DNA of 63,570 nucleotides, counting the filler, from Bdellovibrionota bacterium (GTDB taxonomy: Bacteria; Bdellovibrionota; Bdellovibrionia; Bdellovibrionales; JAEYZS01), in NCBI GenBank assembly GCA_963169515.1. It is 4 parts of 4 records of this genome, joined end to end, with 100 filler letters (N's around TTAATTAATTAA, not from the genome) between each part and the next. Parts side by side here need not be neighbours in the genome. Positions count along the whole stretch, not along the records: positions 49,475 to 56,473 come from CAUJEF010000029.1; positions 56,574 to 63,570 come from CAUJEF010000033.1; 2 more parts are not named here. One strand, written 5' to 3'. Position numbers and translations under genes: made by a program. This document shows, one piece after another, positions 51,752 to 60,616 of the stretch; position 1 is the first letter of the stretch; every line of letters starts with the position of its first letter. The notes below the pieces were generated by a model. That model was not told where the DNA came from. It made no database searches and saw only the letters and a program-made list of their open reading frames with translations.

Positions 51752-52873
51752 ATGATACCATGTTCTGATTTTGTGGATACGATTTTGGAACATGGGGTAC
51801 GATTTTTTGTAGGCGTCCCAGATTCATTGTTAAAAGATGTCTGTGCATACATCACAGATGAGATGCCTTCGGCAAATCATATTATAGCGGCCAATGAAGG
51901 AAATGCCATTGCGTTAGGCGCGGGATACCACCTTTCCACAGGTCAAATTCCATTGGTTTATATGCAAAATTCAGGGCTTGGAAATGCTGTTAATCCATTG
52001 ACATCTTTAGCTTCGAAAGATGTTTACAGCATCCCAATGATTTTGATGATTGGTTGGAGGGGTGAGCCTGGCGTTAAGGATGAACCCCAACATACCCAAA
52101 AGGGCCGTATTACGCCGGAGTTGTTAAAAGCCCTTGAAATTCCATATCATATTATTGGATCAGATAGTGATTTTCAAAAAATTATACCCGAGGCGATTCT
52201 TCAAGCGAAAGAAGAAAGCGCGCCCATTGTTTTTTTAATCAAAGCGGGCACATTCCAAAAATATAAATTAAAAAGGAACATTAGCTCGACAGCGACGTTA
52301 ACTCGCGAAGCTGCGATACAGCTTGTGAGTAATGAGTTGAAAGAAGACGACGTTGTTTTGGCAACAACGGGTAAAATATCGCGGGAGTTTTATGAACATA
52401 GGATCAAGAGGAGCGGGAAGTGTGATGATTTTTTGAATGTTGGATCGATGGGGCATGTTTCGCAAATAGCCTTGTCCGTTGCCTTGAACCAACCGGCAAA
52501 AAAAGTTTACTGCTTGGATGGGGATGGATCAGTGTTGATGCACATGGGGGGGCTTGCGATAATTGGACAAATGCAGCCCACAAACTTTAAACACATCATT
52601 TTAAATAATGCGGCTCATGATTCTGTTGGTGGCCAACCAACTGTGGGACACGAAATAGACATTCCCCAAATCGCGTTGGCGTGTCGTTATAAAAAAGTAT
52701 TCAAGGTGATAGACGAACAACAATTAAAAAATGCTTTACATGAGTTCTTAAAAACTGAAGGCCCCTGCTTGTTGGAAGTAATTGTTAAAACAGGCTCTAG
52801 GGATGATCTTGGTCGGCCGAAATCAACACCCATGGAAAATAAAATAGCCTTCATGGATAAGTTGGATGTCTAA
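51752..52873 (+). CDS. ppd: Phosphonopyruvate decarboxylase
   Basis: GVPDSLL, ANEGNA, MQNSGLGN, DEPQH, DGDGS ThDP motif. Confidence 0.95.
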   Translation: MIPCSDFVDTILEHGVRFFVGVPDSLLKDVCAYITDEMPSANHIIAANEGNAIALGAGYHLSTGQIPLVYMQNSGLGNAVNPLTSLASKDVYSIPMILMIGWRGEPGVKDEPQHTQKGRITPELLKALEIPYHIIGSDSDFQKIIPEAILQAKEESAPIVFLIKAGTFQKYKLKRNISSTATLTREAAIQLVSNELKEDDVVLATTGKISREFYEHRIKRSGKCDDFLNVGSMGHVSQIALSVALNQPAKKVYCLDGDGSVLMHMGGLAIIGQMQPTNFKHIILNNAAHDSVGGQPTVGHEIDIPQIALACRYKKVFKVIDEQQLKNALHEFLKTEGPCLLEVIVKTGSRDDLGRPKSTPMENKIAFMDKLDV

Positions 52874-54008
52874 GCAGGAAATATATTTGGGTAAGGACGG
52901 CTTAGGGGAGCTTTCTCGTCTACTTAAAAATTTAGAAGCAAAAAATATAGCTTGTTTTACGGGTAATAAATCGTTCAATACGCAATCTTTTAATAAGGAT
53001 TTTTTAACAATACTTCAAGACTACAAGACCTATTTTGTTCAAAACATTTCTCCAAATCCCTCGGCTGCAAACCTAGAGTTGTATCGAAAGGAAATGGCAA
53101 AAGGTGATTATGATGTTATGATTGCAATAGGAGGGGGGAGCGTTTTAGACTCTGCAAAAATCATTCATTTTTTTACTGAAACAAACCTAACCATAAAAGA
53201 TTTTTTTCAAAAAAATCTGACTTTAAATAAGCAAAATAAAAGGCCCCTCATTGCAATTCCAACGACCGCAGGCACGGGAAGTGAGTCAACACAGTTTGCC
53301 ACCTTCTATATTGCGAACAAAAAGTATTCATTGGACAATGAATGGACATTGCCCAGTCATGTTATTTTGGATCCGATTTTCGGAGAAAATATGCCTCGCT
53401 ATATTGCGGCGTGTACGGGAGCGGATGCATTGACACAAGCGGTGGAGTCTCACTGGAGTTGTAATTCAACAAAAGAATCCACAGAATATTCATTAAAAGC
53501 AATCTCATTGTTGTCGACACATTTGAGGAAAGCTGTTCTTGAAAATGACGGCCTAGCTAGGCTAAAAGTAATTGAAGCGGCGAATTTAGCGGGAAAGGCA
53601 ATTCAGATTACGCGCACAACGGCATGTCATGCGATCTCATATCCTATGACATCTTACTTTCACGTGTCTCATGGGCAGGCGGTATGCATAACATTGCCAT
53701 CTTTTTTACTGTTTAACTCTAATGTGGAAGAAAAGTCTGCAATGGATAGGCGTGGCGCTGGTTATACTCAACAAAGAATTGCAGAAATTTTGAGTGCTCT
53801 TCGGGCAAGTAGTGTTGAAGAGGGGAAAGATGTATTACAAAAATTAATTTCAAACTTAGGCTTGAAAACGAAGCTTAAAGATATAGGAATTCAAAAGAAA
53901 GATCTAGAATTGATTGTAGAAAATAGTTTTACACCAAGTAGGATGCAAAATAATCCTCGCGTTGTTACCTCTGAGGATGTGATGCATATTTTAACGGAGC
54001 TGATATAG
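52866..54008 (+). CDS. Iron-containing alcohol dehydrogenase, phosphonoacetaldehyde reductase type
   Basis: GGGSVLD, PTTAGTGSE, TTACHAISYP, HGQA, RMQNNP; directly after ppd. Confidence 0.88.
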   Translation: MSKQEIYLGKDGLGELSRLLKNLEAKNIACFTGNKSFNTQSFNKDFLTILQDYKTYFVQNISPNPSAANLELYRKEMAKGDYDVMIAIGGGSVLDSAKIIHFFTETNLTIKDFFQKNLTLNKQNKRPLIAIPTTAGTGSESTQFATFYIANKKYSLDNEWTLPSHVILDPIFGENMPRYIAACTGADALTQAVESHWSCNSTKESTEYSLKAISLLSTHLRKAVLENDGLARLKVIEAANLAGKAIQITRTTACHAISYPMTSYFHVSHGQAVCITLPSFLLFNSNVEEKSAMDRRGAGYTQQRIAEILSALRASSVEEGKDVLQKLISNLGLKTKLKDIGIQKKDLELIVENSFTPSRMQNNPRVVTSEDVMHILTELI

Positions 54009-54727
54009 TGAAAATGAAGCAAGCTATTATTGTGGCGGCCGGTAAATCCAGTCGTCTTTATCCTCGTACATTGGATTGTCCTAAGGGATTACTAGAGATT
54101 AATGGTAAGCCCATTTTACAAACATCCATTGATCAAATTAAGAAGTGTGGGATTGAGAAGGTTTCAATTGTCACTGGCTATATGCACGATGTATTTCCCA
54201 AAAGGTTAAAAAGCGTCGATCGTTTCATAGTAAATCCATTTTATGGACAGTGTAATAACTTAGGCTCACTGTGGATAGCAAAACCATACGTTTTAGAAGA
54301 GCCACTGCTTTATCTTCACGGCGACATTGTGTACGATATTAACATCCTAAAGCAATCTATAGAGAAAATGGAGAACTCGGATGCTGAACTGGGATTGGTA
54401 GTAGATTTTAAAAAATCAGATGATGAAGCTATGAAGGTTGAAATTGACCCAAATGGAAAGTTTATCTCATCTAGCAAGCAAATTCCTTTGGATAGAGCGG
54501 CAGGGGAATGGATAGGAATTGCACTGTTTCGCCGTCCGAGTCACATTTTTAAACAATTTGAAGAAGACCTTTTAGCCGGCGACTTACAAAATTACGATAC
54601 ATATTCTTTTACTAATTTTTCAAATAAAAACAATGAAGTTATTTGTATTTCAACAGAACAAAAAAATTGGATTGAAATTGATTTTGAATCGGATTTTATA
54701 CAAGCAAAAAAATTGTTTTCAAAATAG
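54008..54727 (+). CDS. LicC/PntC-like NTP-transferase (cytidylyltransferase)
   Basis: AAGKSSRL, PKGLL, HGDIV, WIEID. Confidence 0.85.
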   Translation: MKMKQAIIVAAGKSSRLYPRTLDCPKGLLEINGKPILQTSIDQIKKCGIEKVSIVTGYMHDVFPKRLKSVDRFIVNPFYGQCNNLGSLWIAKPYVLEEPLLYLHGDIVYDINILKQSIEKMENSDAELGLVVDFKKSDDEAMKVEIDPNGKFISSSKQIPLDRAAGEWIGIALFRRPSHIFKQFEEDLLAGDLQNYDTYSFTNFSNKNNEVICISTEQKNWIEIDFESDFIQAKKLFSK

Positions 54728-54736
54728 GGAAATTGT

Positions 54737-55474
54737 ATGGATAAGAAGTCGAAATTTGTAAGACGGAAATTTCATCAGGAGACATTTTTTCATAGCTATC
54801 TTGTGCGCCCTCTCGCCCAAGAGGTAGTCGCATTGGTTTGGAATACACCTATTACCCCCAATCAAATGACCATATTTCGAATCTTATTAAACATCTCATC
54901 GCTTTATTGCGTGGTTCGAGGCCAGTTCTTGTGGGCATTTTTATTATTTCAAACTCACGAGATCATTGATCATGCAGATGGAATGTTGGCCCGAATGAAA
55001 AACATTAAGTCTGATTTCGGCGCCACCATGGAGGTAACTTCAGATATGTTGTTTTCAGCGGCGTTCGGTTTTCTTGGGTTTTCCTACGCATGGTCTGGCT
55101 ATCGCTTGGAGTCTAATCATATTTACTTTGTATTTTATGGACTGATAGCAATGAGCTATTGTTACGGCTCATATTTCCGAAGATTTATTACAAAAAATGA
55201 AGGTGTGATTCATGCAAATCATGACGTCGAGGATTACATTCCTCTGTGGGACAAGACCCTGGGGCAAACCTTTCGAAATTGGGGCAAGACGGCGTTTACA
55301 TGGCAAAATCAATTCTTTTTATGGGGGGGGCTGCTTTACTATTATGTGAAGCCTTACGGGTACAATACTCTGATGATCGCTTTCGTTATAGTTCTTTTGC
55401 TCTTGCTGCTTTACTGGATTTTGCCGTTAATTCAAATCTACAAAAAAATATTTTCTAGAAAAGCGGCAACATGA
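54737..55474 (+). CDS. CDP-alcohol phosphotransferase family membrane protein
   Basis: ITPNQMT, DHADGMLAR...G. Confidence 0.85.
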   Translation: MDKKSKFVRRKFHQETFFHSYLVRPLAQEVVALVWNTPITPNQMTIFRILLNISSLYCVVRGQFLWAFLLFQTHEIIDHADGMLARMKNIKSDFGATMEVTSDMLFSAAFGFLGFSYAWSGYRLESNHIYFVFYGLIAMSYCYGSYFRRFITKNEGVIHANHDVEDYIPLWDKTLGQTFRNWGKTAFTWQNQFFLWGGLLYYYVKPYGYNTLMIAFVIVLLLLLLYWILPLIQIYKKIFSRKAAT

Positions 55475-56473
55475 AGGCAAAAAATCTAGTTTTTTTTTCA
55501 GCATATCCACATGAGGATTTGTTTAAACAACGAATTCATCATATGCTGCCTTTTTTGCTTAGGAAATTTCAACACATTACGCTGATTACTGCGGTTTCCT
55601 ATCAAAAAGAAAGAGTATCCAAGCTGTTTCGTAATCCAAAATACTTTTTTTCTCCACAGGTGGTGCGCGAAGAGAATTTAACTAAAATCACGGTATACCC
55701 AGTCTTTCCCAATCGTATCTCACTTCGGCTTCCCATTTTGTTTAAAATCAGCTCTTGGATAATACTTGTCTTCATACGCCGATACTTGCCAGAGAAATTT
55801 ATATTAGGAGTATGTCATCCTTATTTATATTTACGCGCTGTGAAAAATTTAAAATGCGAATACAAATTTTATGACTGTCCAGATTTATATGAGAGCTTTT
55901 CTTGGTCTCGGTCACAACTAAGCATTTCCCTTGAAAAAAAAATTGTCGATAATGTTGATATTTGCTTTGGGTCATCCAAATATATTTGTTCTGTAAAGTC
56001 TGAACAAATGAAAAAAGATTTTATACCGATACCGAATGCTGTCGATTTTAACTTGCATCAAAAAAATCTATCCTTGGGTTCTGTTAATGACCGGGTCAGA
56101 AAACAAGTAATATATGTAGGTGCAATTGCGGAATGGATGGATTTTGAATTGCTGGAAAAGTCTGTGTCGAAATTTAATGACACAGATTTTGTTGTTGTGG
56201 GGTTGGTTGCGCCAGCATGCAAAGCTCGTTTTCAAGGTATTTTAACTAAGCACAAGAACATTCGATTTCTTGGGACAAAAAAGTATGATGAAATACCGTT
56301 TTTGCTATCTCAGGCAGACGTTGGAATAATACCATTCTTGCCGTCAGAATTAATAAAAGGCGTTAGCCCCTTAAAACTTTTTGAATATGCGGCCCATGGT
56401 TTGCCGATCGTATCTGTTTATTGGGAAGAGATATCAGAGTATAAAAATCTTTTTCATATCTGTAAAGGACACG
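55471..56473 (+). CDS. GT-B glycosyltransferase, 3' truncated
   Basis: QRIHH, IPNAVD, YVGAIAEW, SPLKLFEYAAHGLPIVS. Confidence 0.85.
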
Positions 56474-56573
56474 NNNNNNNNNNNNNNNNNNNNNNNNNNN
56501 NNNNNNNNNNNNNNNNNTTAATTAATTAANNNNNNNNNNNNNNNNNNNNNNNNNNNNNNNNNNNNNNNNNNNN
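56474..56573. other. Artificial contig linker
   Basis: N run with TTAATTAATTAA. Confidence 0.99.
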
Positions 56574-56574
56574 A

Positions 56575-56739
56575 GCAAAAACAGGCCCCAACGCAGAACA
56601 AGTGACTTTATTCACTGTGACCGAAGGCACCTCCGTCATAATTAAAGAAAAGGCAAACGATTGGTACAAAATTGAAAGTCCCAAATTAAAACTAGGCTGG
56701 GTTCCTGTTGAAAACATCTACATCACAACAGATAATTAG
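56575..56739 (+). CDS. C-terminal bacterial SH3 domain (BatE-like), 5' truncated
   Basis: Manual translation AKTGPNAEQVTLFTVTEGTSV...DWYKI...GWVP. Confidence 0.75.
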   Translation, partial: AKTGPNAEQVTLFTVTEGTSVIIKEKANDWYKIESPKLKLGWVPVENIYITTDN

Positions 56740-56796
56740 GGTGCCAGGCACCAGCCGTCCGATATGCGGACAACCGTGGCGGTGGGCACCTTAATT
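56734..56796. repeat. GC-rich nested inverted repeat (REP-like)
   Basis: AATTAGGGTGCC...GGCACCTTAATT arms; internal GGTGCCAGGCACC and GTCCG/CGGAC. Confidence 0.55.
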
Positions 56797-57393
56797 ATGA
56801 AAAACTTGATTTGGGAAAATATTTTTAAAAAAGAAGCCAAGGAGCAAAGTGTCTCCAATGTTCTAGGCAAAAACAAAATCTTCAATACTCTGACAAAAAA
56901 AGAACTTCATTTCGTTGAGGGTTTGGTCCATGAACGTCATTTCCGCGCAAGCGAATACATTTTTAGACAAGGCGAGGTTGGCTTTGGTATGTATATCATT
57001 GCGAAAGGCAGCGTCGACATTACCGTTTTAAACAGCGATCTCAGTGCTGACGGGCTTGTTACTGAAAAACGAGAGATTTTAGTTACACGCTTGTTAAAAG
57101 GGGATTTTTTTGGCGAGCTTGCCTTAATTGAAGAAAACAGTCGCCGTAGCGCAAGCTGCATTGCCGCCGAAGACACTACGCTCATAGGATTTTTTAAGCC
57201 CGACTTGATTGCAATCACACAGAGAAATCCCTCTACAGGAACAAAAATTGTTTTACGTTTGGCCGAGGTCATCGGCAAAAGGCTTAAAGCGACAACAGAC
57301 AAGATTTCGCAGCTTAGAATGGAAATGAAAGTGTTAACCGACCTTCAAAAAAGCGCACAACAAAACTACGACGATGATAAATCAAATTATTAA
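56797..57393 (+). CDS. Cyclic nucleotide-binding domain protein
   Basis: IFRQGE, MYIIAKG, GDFFGELAL, RSAS. Confidence 0.9.
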   Translation: MKNLIWENIFKKEAKEQSVSNVLGKNKIFNTLTKKELHFVEGLVHERHFRASEYIFRQGEVGFGMYIIAKGSVDITVLNSDLSADGLVTEKREILVTRLLKGDFFGELALIEENSRRSASCIAAEDTTLIGFFKPDLIAITQRNPSTGTKIVLRLAEVIGKRLKATTDKISQLRMEMKVLTDLQKSAQQNYDDDKSNY

Positions 57394-58420
57394 ACGCGAA
57401 CATCGCGTTCGAACAATCTCTGTTCTGCTTATGGTGATTTCATTTCTTGTTGTCTTAAGCTTGAACAAAGAAATATTGATTTCATTCTTGCTAGCCTCTG
57501 TATATGCTTATTTGCTAGGCCCCGTTGTGACATACATGGAGCGCTTCGGTCTTTCCAGATCCTTCGCCATTTTAATTCCTTATTTTGTAATACTTGGAGT
57601 CTTCATACTTATCATTACTATTTTTTCTCCGATTATCGTACAGCAACTCGCCAGCCTACAAACCAACTTCCCAGACTACATGGACGGTATCCGAGGACTT
57701 CTTGCGCGATGGGAAGGCGGCCTTAATAAATTATTCTTTAACCTTTACACTGTTGATATCAGTACAAAACTTGAGAAACACATTGAGTCTGGCGTAGCGG
57801 CTTCTGTGGCCGCAATTCCCTCTATTGTGTCAACAACCCTTACAACCTCACTGCTGGCTCCGATTCTTGCGTTTTTTTTGTTGCTCGATGGGCGAACAAT
57901 GATGAAAAAGTTGCTTTCGTTTGTGCCGAATACTCTTTTTGAGCTCTCGTTGAACCTGACCCATCAAATCAATGAACAGTTTGGCGAGTTCATTCGGGCC
58001 AAAATTTTAGAATCTATAATCGTCGGCCTGGCAACCTGGATCGGCCTCTACCTTATTAATTTCCCCTATTCAATTTTTCTTGCACTTTTTGCTGCTGTTA
58101 CAAATCTAATACCGTATGTCGGTCCCATTGTCGGCGCCGTCCCCGCCTTTATTTTGGCAGCCATTAATCCAGAGCTAAACTCTCTTATCGTATTTGTTGC
58201 CGTCGTTTATCTCACTGCCCAGTTGATCGATATTGTCTTTTTAATTCCTGTTGTCGTTGCCAGGACGGTAAATTTGCACCCAGTTACAGTTCTTTTAGCT
58301 ATTATTTTAGGCGCCAAGGTGATGGGTGTATTAGGAATGCTTATAGCAATACCCGTTGCAAGTATCATTAAGCTTACTTTCTCTACCCTCTATAATCACC
58401 TGGTTCATTTTAGAACTTAA
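57374..58420 (+). CDS. AI-2E family transporter
   Basis: AYLLGP, NLIPYVGP, LHPVTVL, GMLIAIP; multi-TM. Confidence 0.9.
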   Translation: MINQIIKREHRVRTISVLLMVISFLVVLSLNKEILISFLLASVYAYLLGPVVTYMERFGLSRSFAILIPYFVILGVFILIITIFSPIIVQQLASLQTNFPDYMDGIRGLLARWEGGLNKLFFNLYTVDISTKLEKHIESGVAASVAAIPSIVSTTLTTSLLAPILAFFLLLDGRTMMKKLLSFVPNTLFELSLNLTHQINEQFGEFIRAKILESIIVGLATWIGLYLINFPYSIFLALFAAVTNLIPYVGPIVGAVPAFILAAINPELNSLIVFVAVVYLTAQLIDIVFLIPVVVARTVNLHPVTVLLAIILGAKVMGVLGMLIAIPVASIIKLTFSTLYNHLVHFRT

Positions 58421-58496
58421 ATACACCACCCGACTTGCCCGATTTATTGACAAAAAACATTTGACCCAATTACTATGCGGAAAGGTCATTATAGAT

Positions 58497-59237
58497 ATGA
58501 AAAAACTCTTCTTTTTACCTTTTTTGCTTTTTATTGTCGCGTGCTCGACCACCGACGAAGTCGCCAATACTCCGGAAGCCCTTTACAAGCGGGCCGCAGA
58601 GCTCGAAAAAGACGAACGCTATGAAGAATCTCTGGCAAAATACGAAGAGCTTCGCAATCGCTTTCCATACAGCAAGCTTTCAATCGAGGCCGAACTGAAC
58701 GTGGCTGGTATTTATTATAAGCGCGAAGAGTTTTCGTTGGCCGCGTCAACGTATAATAACTTCAGAGAATTACACCCGACACATTTACAAATACCGTTTG
58801 TGACATATCAAATTGGCAATTCCTATTTTTATAATCTGCCTGGCACAATTGATCGCGACATTTCTGACTCCAAAAGCGCAATTAAAGAATTTGAAAGTCT
58901 TGTGCGCAAATATCCCACATACGAAAACGCAAAAGACGCACAAGAAAAAACCGCCAAGTGTTATGAAATGCTGGCAGAAAAAGAAGTTTATATCGCACAC
59001 TTTTATTTTACTCGAGAGAAGTTCCAAAGCTCTATGAGACGATTTGAACACGTTTTAAAAATTCGCTCGAGTGATAAATTGAAGCGAACTGCGTATTACA
59101 ACGCCGGCGTCAGCGCGCTCGAAATTGGCGAACGCAGCAAGGCTAAGGAATACTTGCAAACCCTTGTTCAAAGGTTTCCGACTTCGGAGGAAGCAGATCA
59201 GGCGAGATCTGTTTTGAGTAAAAATGGCCTACTTTGA
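58497..59237 (+). CDS. bamD: Outer membrane assembly lipoprotein BamD
   Basis: VAC lipobox, RFPYS, LHPTH, DRD, LAEKEVYIAHFY. Confidence 0.88.
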   Translation: MKKLFFLPFLLFIVACSTTDEVANTPEALYKRAAELEKDERYEESLAKYEELRNRFPYSKLSIEAELNVAGIYYKREEFSLAASTYNNFRELHPTHLQIPFVTYQIGNSYFYNLPGTIDRDISDSKSAIKEFESLVRKYPTYENAKDAQEKTAKCYEMLAEKEVYIAHFYFTREKFQSSMRRFEHVLKIRSSDKLKRTAYYNAGVSALEIGERSKAKEYLQTLVQRFPTSEEADQARSVLSKNGLL

Positions 59238-59952
59238 TTATAAAGAAATGGTGGATCAGGCGCGCGAGCATTTTATCGAAGGACATTACGCCCTTGCCGA
59301 GCCAATGCTTCAACAGGCCTTGCTCAAAAACGATCGTGATCCAGAAATCTACCATATGATGGCAACAATTTCGTATGATCGCGGGCAGTTTAACAGAGCC
59401 ATTCGGACATTTAAAAAAGCGCTTGCGGTAGACCCGACATACACAGATTCCAGCGTGGGCCTCTCTATTGTGTTGAATGATTTAGGGCGATACGAAGAGG
59501 CCAAAGATATCTTTTCACAAGCAGAAACGGCCCTAGAGAAAGCGAAAACAGATACTGATCCATACATTGAACAAAAACTTTTTCAAAAACACCGAGAGCT
59601 TGGTGACCTTTATATGCAAATCAATAAATTCGACGAGGCTCTGGACCAATATTATAAAGCAAAAAAGCTCTCAACAGAAAAAATCTCAATAACACTGAAG
59701 ATCGTAGACTGTCTTATTAAGACACAACGAATCCAAAAGGGAATTCAGGAGCTTCAATTGACCTTACGAGAATACCCGAACGCAAACGAAGCTAGACTAA
59801 AATTGGGAACTATCTATTACCAACGAAACAGGACTTACGAAGCCGTAGAAGAATGGGAAAAGATATTAATTCGTGATCCAAAAAACTCAGACGCTAAAAA
59901 ATTAATACAACTAGCAAAAGAAGCCGGTATCACTGACATCATTGCCGATTAA
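59224..59952 (+). CDS. Cytoplasmic TPR protein
   Basis: TPR units (FKKALAVDP, LNDLGRYEEA, ARLKLG). Confidence 0.85.
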   Translation: MAYFDYKEMVDQAREHFIEGHYALAEPMLQQALLKNDRDPEIYHMMATISYDRGQFNRAIRTFKKALAVDPTYTDSSVGLSIVLNDLGRYEEAKDIFSQAETALEKAKTDTDPYIEQKLFQKHRELGDLYMQINKFDEALDQYYKAKKLSTEKISITLKIVDCLIKTQRIQKGIQELQLTLREYPNANEARLKLGTIYYQRNRTYEAVEEWEKILIRDPKNSDAKKLIQLAKEAGITDIIAD

Positions 59953-59964
59953 AACGAGGTTGCA

Positions 59965-60492
59965 ATGGCACAAAACAAAGAACATCTGATCCCCTACCTA
60001 ACAAAAGAGGAAATTGAAGACCTTGTGGCAGGCCTTGCAGAAGAAATTGAGTCCGATTATCAAGGCAAGGAGCTTATTCTGATTTGTGTCTTGAAGGGAT
60101 CTATACTTTTCATTTCAGACCTGATGAGAAAGATAAACCTTTCGCAAAAAGTAGATTTTGTAAGCCTAAAGACCTTTGTAAACGACGAAGGCAACACCAT
60201 AACTTCAATTGTGAAGGATATCACAACCCAAATCACTGGAAAGCACGTCTTGATCATCGAAGAAATTATAGACGCTGGAAGAAAATTAAGTTTCTTAAAA
60301 AATCGCCTGCTCGCCTCGGCCCCAGCGTCGTTGAAGGTGGTTACACTTTTAGACAAACCCGCTCGTCGCGTGATCAACATCAAACCGGACTATGTCGGGA
60401 AAACTATCGAAGATAGATACGTCGTTGGATACGGCCTTGATGACGGCGAAATCGGCCGCAACTATGGCGATATTTTTTTCTTGAAAAACTAA
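59965..60492 (+). CDS. hpt: Second, divergent HPRT-family phosphoribosyltransferase
   Basis: VLKGS, IIEEIIDAG, LLDKP, YVVGYGLD. Confidence 0.8.
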   Translation: MAQNKEHLIPYLTKEEIEDLVAGLAEEIESDYQGKELILICVLKGSILFISDLMRKINLSQKVDFVSLKTFVNDEGNTITSIVKDITTQITGKHVLIIEEIIDAGRKLSFLKNRLLASAPASLKVVTLLDKPARRVINIKPDYVGKTIEDRYVVGYGLDDGEIGRNYGDIFFLKN

Positions 60493-60569
60493 GCGAAGAT
60501 CGCCTGCATTAAGAAAAATATTAATACTGAAAAAACAAAAAACGTCATGGCTTCACGGGTGACTAACAT
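60489..60569 (-). CDS. Putative 26-aa single-pass membrane peptide
   Basis: MLVTREAMTFFVFSVLIFFLMQAIFA*, with GGAG upstream. Confidence 0.5.
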   Translation of the reverse strand: MLVTREAMTFFVFSVLIFFLMQAIFA

Positions 60570-60616
60570 ATCGATGGTGCTCCAAAATCCTGGCTGTTAT
60601 AGATATGAATATGGGG

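Noticed and set aside
50440..54008. Phosphonate antibiotic (fosfomycin-like) cluster
   Set aside because: No radical-SAM methyltransferase, epoxidase, NRPS or resistance kinase visible; the neighbours are envelope glycan genes, although the contig is truncated
58356..58496. N-terminal extension of bamD
   Set aside because: Overlaps the AI-2E gene; the lipoprotein signal begins at 58497
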